A stretch of 64,000 nt of DNA, from the NCBI GenBank assembly GCA_963752595.1, contig CAVVYZ010000009.1, positions 64,001 through 128,000 of the forward strand, read 5' to 3'. Position 1 is the stretch's first letter. Every line of letters starts with the position of its first letter. Made by a program: the position numbers and the translations under genes. Below the pieces are notes generated by a model. That model was not told the DNA's origin, searched no databases, and saw nothing but the letters and a program-made list of their open reading frames with translations. The stretch comes from an uncultured delta proteobacterium (GTDB lineage Bacteria; Desulfobacterota; Desulfomonilia; UBA1062). This document shows positions 53,246 through 61,553 of this stretch, in pieces.

Positions 53246-53569
53246 ATGTTCGGAATCGGCGGTCAGGAATTATTTTTTATCCTCTTACTTGCATTGATTC
53301 TGCTTGGGCCCAGCAAACTCCCTGAGATAGCAAAAACCCTGGGCAAGGTCATGGGGGAGTTCCAGCGTGCATCAAACGATCTGAAAAAAGAGATCGATCT
53401 GGCTGCAGAAGAGAAACCCCAGCAGCAAGACAAGCCTGCACCCGAGCCTGTCGAGACTGTGAATACCGAAGAAAAACAAACGAGCCCCGCAAAGGAAAAC
53501 GACAATCCTGAGGATAAAACAGACCTTGATGCCCAGCCGGTTTATCATCCTGAAGATATAGAAAGGTAG
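53246..53569 (+). CDS. tatB: Twin-arginine translocase TatA/TatB subunit
   Basis: MFGIGGQEL...LGPSKLPEIAKTLGK. Confidence 0.85.
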   Translation: MFGIGGQELFFILLLALILLGPSKLPEIAKTLGKVMGEFQRASNDLKKEIDLAAEEKPQQQDKPAPEPVETVNTEEKQTSPAKENDNPEDKTDLDAQPVYHPEDIER

Positions 53570-53570
53570 C

Positions 53571-54329
53571 TTGTTTGTGGAAGAGGATAAGCTCCCCATA
53601 ACCGATCATCTCGAAGAGCTCCGCTGGAGGATCTTCAAATGCCTCCTTGCCGTAAGCGTAGGCTTCGTTGCATCGTACGCCTTCTCGGAGGAGATCTTCA
53701 ATTTCCTGGCATCACCCCTGATAGAGGTAATGCCCAAGGGAAGCCACCTTATCTACACCTCCCTGCCCGAGGCTTTCTTCACCTACATGAAGGTCTCCTT
53801 TTTCGTCGGCCTCCTTATGGCCGCTCCGGTCATCTTCTACCAACTCTGGAAATTCATCATGCCGGGGCTGTATCAGAAGGAGAGGCGGTATGTCGTACCC
53901 TTCGTGATCGCGGCCACACTCTTCTTTGCCCTGGGCGTGTCTTTCGGCTTCTTTGTCGTTTTCCCGGTCGGGTTCAAGTTCTTCCTCGGGTATTCGAATG
54001 AGAACATCCTGGCCCTTCCTTCGATGAAGGAATACTTGGGCTTTGCCATGAAATTCCTTTTCGCCTTCGGCATCACCTTCGAACTGCCGGTGGTCATGTT
54101 CTTCCTTGCCAAGATGGGAATCGTGAATGCGAAGGGATTGAGAAAAAACCGGAAATATGCCGTGCTCATCGTGGCTATCGTAGCGGCGATACTGACGCCC
54201 GGGCCGGATGTCCTCAGCCAGATACTGCTGGGGCTGCCCCTTCTCGTGCTCTACGAGATCAGCATATGGGCAACGTATCTCGTCAGAAAGAAAAAAGATA
54301 TTACGGAAACTGAGCCGGCTGCCCAGTAA
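53571..54329 (+). CDS. tatC: Twin-arginine translocase TatC
   Basis: HLEELRWR; WKFIMPGLY; FELP; ILTPGPD; LYEISI. Confidence 0.96.
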   Translation: MFVEEDKLPITDHLEELRWRIFKCLLAVSVGFVASYAFSEEIFNFLASPLIEVMPKGSHLIYTSLPEAFFTYMKVSFFVGLLMAAPVIFYQLWKFIMPGLYQKERRYVVPFVIAATLFFALGVSFGFFVVFPVGFKFFLGYSNENILALPSMKEYLGFAMKFLFAFGITFELPVVMFFLAKMGIVNAKGLRKNRKYAVLIVAIVAAILTPGPDVLSQILLGLPLLVLYEISIWATYLVRKKKDITETEPAAQ

Positions 54330-54460
54330 TTATTCACAAACCGGAAGCTACGTAAAAGGCATGGCAATTCATGGGTGCACCTTCGTAAACCGGGCAGTCC
54401 TGGATCACTTAAGGTGGGTTGCTGCAAGAATCGGATTTTCCAGTGAATCCGGATTATATG

Positions 54461-55168
54461 CTAAAGGTAGCCCTCTTCCTGGGCAGCGGCGTCGAGGGTC
54501 AGGCTGAGGATATCTTCGGTTTCGGCGTCGTGGGCGAGACGTGTCTTCGTCTCGACGACTTTGATATAGTGCTTGCACTCCGAGCAGAAATATATGCGAA
54601 TACCCTTGATGCCTTCAACTTCGAAATATCCCAGGGTGGTATGGTCGGAATTGCCGCAGAATGGACATTTGACCCGCTGAAACCTCCACTCCTGCCCGCA
54701 CATGAGACAGTGGAGATCCCTGGATGATTCAGAATCAAAACACATTCTCGGGTACATCCCGCAGAACGGACACTTCCCATTACCCTGGTGGGAGTTGATC
54801 AGGTCCTTATTCCTCTCACGCACACGCCTGAGGTATGTACTCACGACAGGCCGGAGGAACATGGGCAGGAGATCTTCGGCACCCTGCTCCGGCTCGGGGA
54901 TCGAGTCTCCGGAGACGAACGCTCTCAGTGCCTGCTCGATATCGACGTCTGGCTCCTTACCCAGCACATCCTTCCATACGCCTTTGCAGACGTCTGCCAG
55001 CTTTGCAGGGGCAACCAGGGTGGCTATGTTTTCCAGAGGCAGGGTACAGTCGAGGCTTGGAACATCGAGCTTTTCCACTGCCTCCACGACTGCGGAATAT
55101 ATCCGCCTCGCCTTTTCGATACCTGCTGCATCCTCAGGATACGCATTGATGATTACTTCCCAGTCCAT
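54461..55168 (-). CDS. fdhE: FdhE-family formate dehydrogenase accessory protein
   Basis: CPFCG, CLMC.QEW, RVKCPFCG, CSECKHYIK; LD..AQEEGY. Confidence 0.85.
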   Translation of the reverse strand: MDWEVIINAYPEDAAGIEKARRIYSAVVEAVEKLDVPSLDCTLPLENIATLVAPAKLADVCKGVWKDVLGKEPDVDIEQALRAFVSGDSIPEPEQGAEDLLPMFLRPVVSTYLRRVRERNKDLINSHQGNGKCPFCGMYPRMCFDSESSRDLHCLMCGQEWRFQRVKCPFCGNSDHTTLGYFEVEGIKGIRIYFCSECKHYIKVVETKTRLAHDAETEDILSLTLDAAAQEEGYL

Positions 55169-55174
55169 GGAGAA

Positions 55175-55203
55175 ACCTTAGGTAATAATCGAAGGGTTGT
55201 CAA
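55175..55203 (-). promoter_or_regulatory. Sigma-70 promoter directly before the fdhE start (leaderless)
   Basis: TTGACA-N17-TAAGGT-N6-ATG with no SD. Confidence 0.65.
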
Positions 55204-55356
55204 GCTGCGTTCTGGATCCCGCAAGGGAGAATGAATCTCTGTGGAATAAATCCCTTTTATATGCAAGAATATGTCGGATTGCACGTAAGAGAGGAGAGGA
55301 CACAGACTGCCTGCAATCGGAAATGAAGACCTGTAGTGATGTGGAGGGGTGAGAGA

Positions 55357-57231
55357 ATGAACATAGCTTCGGTTATCATTCATAACGGATCCGATCCTCT
55401 GATCAGCGGCCGCTCGTTTATCAAATTCCGGGATGAGGATGAAGTACTCCATTCGGTCTCGTATGCCGAGTTCCTTCAAAAGTCTCTTGCCTACGGCAAT
55501 ATGCTCCAAAACCAAAAAAAACGGCTCGGCATAGGAAGCGGCCGGCGCTTCCATGTCGGGGTATTCATGCAGAATATCCCGGAATTCTTTTTCCTGCTGG
55601 GCGGCTGCGCCTTCACGAATGCCACGCTCGTGGGCGTGAACAATGCTCAGGTGGGCGAAAAGCTTGCCTTTGACATCAATAACATAGACATGCATGTACT
55701 TTTCGTGGATCTTGCCTCTCAGCCCGGAACCAAAGGCACCTTCCTCGATACGGTCATGAACGCCAAGGAGATGCACGGCTTCAGCTCATTGAACGAGGGG
55801 TCCGTTTTCTTGGCCGGTTCGACCGACGATTCGAGGCGGGGCCCGATCAAGACCATTCCTCACATATTGGAGGAATCCGAATCCACGCGCTCTTCGTTCA
55901 CCCCGGAGCCCCTGGACCCTACCCAGCCGGGAGTAATCATTTTCACCTCGGGTACGACCGGCGCGCCCAAAGGCATCGAAGTCACCTGGCAGAAGCTCTA
56001 TGATGTAGGCTTAAACGGCATAAGAATCCTGAACTACACCAAAGACGACGTGGGATATGTCTGCATGCCCATCAATCACTCCAATTCGCTGTACCTCAAT
56101 ATCATGCCTGCCATGCTGTGCGGTGCGAGCTTTCTTATCCGCCGCAGGTTCAGTGTCCGCAACTTCGTCCATGACATCGAAACCGTTCAGGCCACTATCT
56201 GGAATTGCGTGGGGGATCCCGTGCAGTATGTCATCAACCATATCAGCAGCGAAATCGGCCCTCATGCCGACTTCTCCTGCCTGCCGTTAAGGACCGTGAT
56301 CAGCACGGGCACGAATGCGCCGAACCGCGCTGTTTTCACCAGGATGTTCGGCCTGGACATTTTCACCGAGGTTTACGGTTCGACGGAAGCAGGCGCCATA
56401 ACTGCTGTTGATGCGGGCACTCCGGAATACAGTGTGGGCAGGCTGCTTAAGGATATCCGCATCATCAGCGAGGCATCCGGCCGGGAGTGTGCCCTTGCGC
56501 AGGCGGATGAGACGGGCAGGATCCTCAACCTCGATGAGGCCGCAGGCGAGATCGTAGTGAGCCAGCTGTCACTTGGCGCCTCGGCCTTTACCGGCTATTA
56601 CCGGCTGCCCGGAGAGAGCGCAAAGAAGATCGTTACTATAGGCGGCGAAGACTTCTACCGCATGGGCGACCTGGGAGCGATCGTGGAAAAGGACGGCGGC
56701 GGATATCTCGTGTTCCTGGGGCGTACCGGAGACTGGATCCGCTTCAAGGGGGAAAACTGGGCACCGGTGGACGCCGAGAAGATTATCGGCAAGTACGAAG
56801 GCATCACCAATGCAGGCGTCATCGGTGTGCCCCAGCCTGTGGGAAGGGAAGACGACCCTATGTACATCATCGAGACATCACGCCCGGACGCCTTCGATGC
56901 GGCAGCCTTTTATGCTTACTGCAGAGAAACCCTACCGCACTACATGCACCCACGGTTCATCCGGATCGTGAAGTCCGTGCCCATGACCGAGACCATGAAA
57001 CTCAAGAAATCGATCCTGAAACGGGAATTCTACTTTCGCAGTCCTGAGACGGATGGATCGACGGATGACATTGTCTATATACTCGAAAACGGCAGCCCGA
57101 GGAAGTTTTCCTCAGCCGATTACCGCGACTGGATGACGGGTTTTACGGAGGCAACCAACCGGGATACGCTTCATGCGTACACGAAGCGCAACGATCTCTT
57201 CTGTGATGAACAGGAGAGCCGCAATGGCTGA
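55357..57231 (+). CDS. AMP-dependent acyl-CoA ligase (CaiC/FadD-like)
   Basis: IIFTSGTTGAPKG; YGSTE; YRMGDLG; GRTGDWIRFKGEN; PMTETMK. Confidence 0.9.
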   Translation: MNIASVIIHNGSDPLISGRSFIKFRDEDEVLHSVSYAEFLQKSLAYGNMLQNQKKRLGIGSGRRFHVGVFMQNIPEFFFLLGGCAFTNATLVGVNNAQVGEKLAFDINNIDMHVLFVDLASQPGTKGTFLDTVMNAKEMHGFSSLNEGSVFLAGSTDDSRRGPIKTIPHILEESESTRSSFTPEPLDPTQPGVIIFTSGTTGAPKGIEVTWQKLYDVGLNGIRILNYTKDDVGYVCMPINHSNSLYLNIMPAMLCGASFLIRRRFSVRNFVHDIETVQATIWNCVGDPVQYVINHISSEIGPHADFSCLPLRTVISTGTNAPNRAVFTRMFGLDIFTEVYGSTEAGAITAVDAGTPEYSVGRLLKDIRIISEASGRECALAQADETGRILNLDEAAGEIVVSQLSLGASAFTGYYRLPGESAKKIVTIGGEDFYRMGDLGAIVEKDGGGYLVFLGRTGDWIRFKGENWAPVDAEKIIGKYEGITNAGVIGVPQPVGREDDPMYIIETSRPDAFDAAAFYAYCRETLPHYMHPRFIRIVKSVPMTETMKLKKSILKREFYFRSPETDGSTDDIVYILENGSPRKFSSADYRDWMTGFTEATNRDTLHAYTKRNDLFCDEQESRNG

Positions 57232-58462
57232 CGCCAGATCGGTGAGCTCCCTCCAGAAACTTTACATGGCCGAACATTACCGGAAGGCCTCCCTTGCCAA
57301 GAAGGAAGGCCGGCCGGTTGTGTACGTGACCGCCATGTTCCCGGTGGAAATCGCCAAGGCCTTCGAGCCCGATGTAGCGGTGGTGTATCCTGAAAACCAC
57401 GCGGTGAACATCATTGTGAGCGGCCTCGCCGAGCAGTTCTCCGAAATTGCCGTGAGCAGGGCTTCGCTTGATCCCATGGGATGCTCCTACGAGCTTGCCA
57501 ATACAGGCTACCTTCTGGAGATGAAGAATCCCGGGCAATCGGCATTGCAGGAATCGCTGAAGTCCCTGCCGGTATTGCCTGCGCCGGATATCCTGCTTGC
57601 CTGCAACAATCAATGCGATATCGTTGCCGAGTGGTTCCAGCACTTAAGCTCCTTATGCGGCAATAACCCTTTTCGCGTGATCAATGTGGGTAACCGCTAC
57701 GACGGCACGATAGACTTAGTCAGGATCGAATACGTGAGGCGTCAACTCATTGATGTTATCGGCCTGCTCGAGGAACAGACAGCAAAGAGGCTCGATCGCG
57801 ACAAGCTCATGGAAACTGCCAAGAGATCCAATCAGGCTGTGAGGCTGTGGAAGAGGTACCTTGATCTGGGCAGGCTCAAGCCCTCCCCTATGACCGTTTT
57901 CGACGGGTTCTTCCACATGGCGCTCATCGTATCCGAGCGAGGCACGGAGCAGGCAATAGACTACTATGATAAGCTGGTAAAGGAAACGTCCACCCTTGTC
58001 GATGCCGTCGCGCACGCAGGCCGGGAGCAGCACCGTGTGCTCTGGGACAACCTGGCCACATGGTTCAACTTCGGCAAGCTCAAGCGTGCCTTATACGAAC
58101 GGGGTGTGGCGGTGGTGGGCTCCACATATCTCGATGTGTGGAAAAAAGAGCTCGATACCTCGAGTTTCGAGAATCTGCTTACCAGCATGGCCGAGGCTTA
58201 CTGCACCATGTATACGAACCTGACCATCCCCGAGCGCATCGAGGTATGGAAGCAGATGGTGCGCGATTACCAGGCCGAAGGAGTCCTCTTCCACAACAAC
58301 AAGAGCTGCCATACATTTTCACGGCTCCAGGGCCAAGTTGCGAAGGCATTGAGGGAAGAGTTCGGCGAAAAATTCAAGGCCATCGTATTCGACGGCGACA
58401 TGGGCCTTGCCGAGCGATTCCAGACACACCGGTTCATGACTGCTATAGAGACCTTCTTCTGA
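57224..58462 (+). CDS. 2-hydroxyacyl-CoA dehydratase alpha-type subunit (HgdA/FldB/HadB family)
   Basis: VYPENHA; Cys ligands in GCSY, CNNQCD and NKSC; overlaps the ligase stop. Confidence 0.85.
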   Translation: MADARSVSSLQKLYMAEHYRKASLAKKEGRPVVYVTAMFPVEIAKAFEPDVAVVYPENHAVNIIVSGLAEQFSEIAVSRASLDPMGCSYELANTGYLLEMKNPGQSALQESLKSLPVLPAPDILLACNNQCDIVAEWFQHLSSLCGNNPFRVINVGNRYDGTIDLVRIEYVRRQLIDVIGLLEEQTAKRLDRDKLMETAKRSNQAVRLWKRYLDLGRLKPSPMTVFDGFFHMALIVSERGTEQAIDYYDKLVKETSTLVDAVAHAGREQHRVLWDNLATWFNFGKLKRALYERGVAVVGSTYLDVWKKELDTSSFENLLTSMAEAYCTMYTNLTIPERIEVWKQMVRDYQAEGVLFHNNKSCHTFSRLQGQVAKALREEFGEKFKAIVFDGDMGLAERFQTHRFMTAIETFF

Positions 58463-58688
58463 TCCTTTTGTACGTATCCTATCTCCCCCGGTTTCACTGC
58501 CAAGCATCGAGATAGACGTACTTACTCATCCGGCTAGACATTGTCTCCTATTATCACTTGTTACTATAACCATTCATCATCACCGGCCGCAAGACCGATA
58601 AAATACACAATTACTCAATGAGACACCCTACATGATAGGGGGTTTCCCTTCTTGTACGGGTAAAAAGACTATAAGGGGGGAGTGATTC

Positions 58689-59714
58689 ATGAAAAAGGTT
58701 CCGGCATCAATGATTGTCCTGATTGCATTGTTTGTCTTTGCCATACCATGCTCAGCCGAGGAAAAAGTCTTTAGAATCGAGGTCCTCCAGGTGGCAAAGA
58801 TCGACGCATTTCAGCGTACGTACGATTCACTCATCAGCGAACTGGCAAAGAACGGACTTGTGACGGGAAAGAACCTCAAGGTCAACCGGGTGATCCTGGA
58901 TTACAACCTCGAAAAGGCAGGATTCTTCGATAAGGTAGGCCTCCTCTTCAAGATAAAGAGCGAGGGCTCCCGCATTGCCCAAGCAAAACCCGACCTCGCC
59001 GTGACCATCGGGACACCGGCCACCAAGTATACCCGTGACAAGATCACGGCCGCAGGCATCCCGCTCGTCTTTACCGCGGTCGCCATCCCGCAGGCAGCCG
59101 GCTGCAAGTCGCTCACGCAAGCGGGCCCCGGGGTTACCGGCGCCACGCTCTATATGGACATGAAGAATGCCATGAAGATTCTGCGGGCTGCATTCCCCAA
59201 CATCAAGACCATCGGCATGATTCACAGCGATGACGAAAACGGCATTGCCCACGTCCAGGAAGCTACCAAGAGTGCACCGGCCTTCGGGTTTACCATCATC
59301 TCAAAGCAGGTGAACAAAAAGGACAAGATTACCCCTTCCCTCAAAGAGCTGAGAGCCCAGAGCGCTGAGGCATTCGCGGTTCCGCTCGACACCTACTTCG
59401 GTATCCGTGACTTCGAGACCGTCAATGATATGGATGCCTACTGCCGGGAGAATAAGATCCCCATTGTCAGCTTTGCCGTCATGAGCACAAAAGGCGCGGT
59501 CCTTGCCGTCGGCACGGAATTCGATACCGTAGGAATCTTCGCTGCACAGAATGCGGTAAAGATCCTCAAGGACGGAAAGAGACCCGAATCCATGCCCATA
59601 CGCCAGCAGGAAGACCTCAAGATCATCGTGGACATCGAAAGGATGCAGGCCATGGGTATCCAGATACCCATGGGGATCCTCCAGATAGCGAAACCCGTAA
59701 AAGACAGCCGCTAA
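58689..59714 (+). CDS. ABC substrate-binding protein (Trp/Tyr-type ABC_sub_bind family)
   Basis: Signal peptide; PDLAVTIGTPA; IPLVFTAV; VTG; IKTIGMIHS; KILKDGKRPESMP. Confidence 0.85.
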   Translation: MKKVPASMIVLIALFVFAIPCSAEEKVFRIEVLQVAKIDAFQRTYDSLISELAKNGLVTGKNLKVNRVILDYNLEKAGFFDKVGLLFKIKSEGSRIAQAKPDLAVTIGTPATKYTRDKITAAGIPLVFTAVAIPQAAGCKSLTQAGPGVTGATLYMDMKNAMKILRAAFPNIKTIGMIHSDDENGIAHVQEATKSAPAFGFTIISKQVNKKDKITPSLKELRAQSAEAFAVPLDTYFGIRDFETVNDMDAYCRENKIPIVSFAVMSTKGAVLAVGTEFDTVGIFAAQNAVKILKDGKRPESMPIRQQEDLKIIVDIERMQAMGIQIPMGILQIAKPVKDSR

Positions 59715-59743
59715 ACCAAAAGCCTTAAGCAGACGGCACAGGG

Positions 59744-59777
59744 AAGCAGGGGCAAGAACCGTTGCTCCTGCTTTTTT
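59744..59777 (+). terminator. Intrinsic terminator
   Basis: AAGCAGGGGCAA-loop-TTGCTCCTGCTT followed by a T-run. Confidence 0.8.
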
Positions 59778-59795
59778 ATCCAAAGAAAAGGCCGG

Positions 59796-61553
59796 CTACC
59801 AAATAACGATCTTCAGTTGCGATGCATGGAGATAGCTCGTAATATCCTTATCCAGGGGATGCTCAAGGATGATTGTACCATTCACCTCAATCGCAGGCAG
59901 GTCTATCTCCGTGCGATTCTTCGCTACGATTACCCTGATCGGCGGTCCCTGCTTCTTTTTTCCCAGGGCGTCGAGGATTTTCCCCAGAGATTCGTTCTTC
60001 AGATTGATCACCTTGTAGCCCCTCTTCTGCAGGAGATCGAGCATGGTTTTATCCGGCTGCTCCGAAGTCAGAATAGCCCTGTCTATCAAAAGCGGGGCCA
60101 TGAAGGAAATGCTCAGCGCATCGACGGAAACAATGTCCAGTACCTTTTGCTTTTCATATGCCACGCCCAGCTCCGATAGGAGCTTCTCATACGAATGGTC
60201 GAGCGCCGGCAGGATGCCTTCTTTGCGGGGCAAACCCTGCTTCCCGCCCATTTCGATGAGATTGATGCCGAAACGCGCCGCGTATCGTCGGATCGATTCG
60301 GGAGTCTTATACTCCCCATCCGACAGAAGGTTGACCACAATGATATTGCGGCGGGAAGAATCCTTGTAGACCACCCACTTCCCGGAAAACCGGACCTTCT
60401 CATCCTCTCCCACAAGGATCGGGCCTGCATCCTTATTGACGGAGAAGTACCCGCATGCATCCAATATGCGCTCCATGAGGGGCTCCAGTCCTTCGGAAGG
60501 ACCGGATATGACCTTGGTGGAAGGATATGTCTCTTCAATGAGGCGCTTCGTTTCCTTAAGAATCTTACCGTTTACGTCGAGAATGATGCGCGATCCGTTA
60601 TCGAGATCGATAACCGGAATTACGCTTGTATCGAGGGATAAGCTCTTATCGCCTGTCAGGGGTAAAAAATAGGTGCCGTGGTCCCTCTGCCTGACCCCCA
60701 TTTCCTTCAGGCTCGGAAGTATGGAATTCCTCACAAGCTGCGTGGCTGCTCTTTCTTCATCATTTTCGGGTTCTAGCCCACCCCCGATAATCGTCGTGAC
60801 AATCTCACCCTGCCCTTTCCCATTTCCATCAGGCATCTCTTGTTGTCCCTGCAGCGCTTGAGGTGAGGGCTCCCCTTGTCCCTTCCTGCCCGGAGAATCC
60901 TCTGCTGACCGGTTTTGCGCGGTCTCCTGTTCGCCATTCGCATCGTCTATTTCCTGCACTATAAATTTTCTCACTTTTTTCAGCCCCGGCCCTTTCCCCA
61001 GAGCTTGAATAGCGGGAGTCTTGGCAGGTATTTTTCTGTTTTCCTGCTTGATTTCCGGCAAGCGGATTTTCTGGCCTGCCACTACAAGATCGAGGTTTTG
61101 GATCTCGGGGTTCAGCTGTCTGATCTCGTCCAGATACTTATGGAATATGAGATCGTCAGGCAGGCCGTACATCTCCCTGAGAATCATTGCGAGGTGCTGT
61201 CCCTTTTTCATTACATAGACGTTCGCTTTATCGGCACTTGCTGGAGCCGGTTTCTTTCGACTGGGGATCCCAGGAATCGTGACCTTCTTACCGGGAAGGA
61301 TTCGATCGAGATTTCTCACCCCAGGATTGTATTGCCTGAATTCCCTGTAGAGTCCCGGCAGGTCTTGAGGTCTTGCCTGAAAATCCTTCAGAAAGATCTT
61401 CTTGAGGGTGTCACCCTGCTTAATCTTATATTGGGTAATTTCTCGAACAGGGTCAGGCTTTCGGGCATGCTTAACCAGGATTATATCTTCCGAATACAGC
61501 AGGGAAGAAATGAGCATGATGAGCAGTGCTGCGGTGATGCCCGCTTTTTTCAT
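59796..61553 (-). CDS. Secreted LysM-domain protein
   Basis: Signal peptide; two LysM domains (YKIKQGDTL...NPGVRNLDRILPGKKVTIP and YVMKKGQHL...NPEIQNLDLVVAGQKIRLP). Confidence 0.82.
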   Translation of the reverse strand: MKKAGITAALLIMLISSLLYSEDIILVKHARKPDPVREITQYKIKQGDTLKKIFLKDFQARPQDLPGLYREFRQYNPGVRNLDRILPGKKVTIPGIPSRKKPAPASADKANVYVMKKGQHLAMILREMYGLPDDLIFHKYLDEIRQLNPEIQNLDLVVAGQKIRLPEIKQENRKIPAKTPAIQALGKGPGLKKVRKFIVQEIDDANGEQETAQNRSAEDSPGRKGQGEPSPQALQGQQEMPDGNGKGQGEIVTTIIGGGLEPENDEERAATQLVRNSILPSLKEMGVRQRDHGTYFLPLTGDKSLSLDTSVIPVIDLDNGSRIILDVNGKILKETKRLIEETYPSTKVISGPSEGLEPLMERILDACGYFSVNKDAGPILVGEDEKVRFSGKWVVYKDSSRRNIIVVNLLSDGEYKTPESIRRYAARFGINLIEMGGKQGLPRKEGILPALDHSYEKLLSELGVAYEKQKVLDIVSVDALSISFMAPLLIDRAILTSEQPDKTMLDLLQKRGYKVINLKNESLGKILDALGKKKQGPPIRVIVAKNRTEIDLPAIEVNGTIILEHPLDKDITSYLHASQLKIVIW

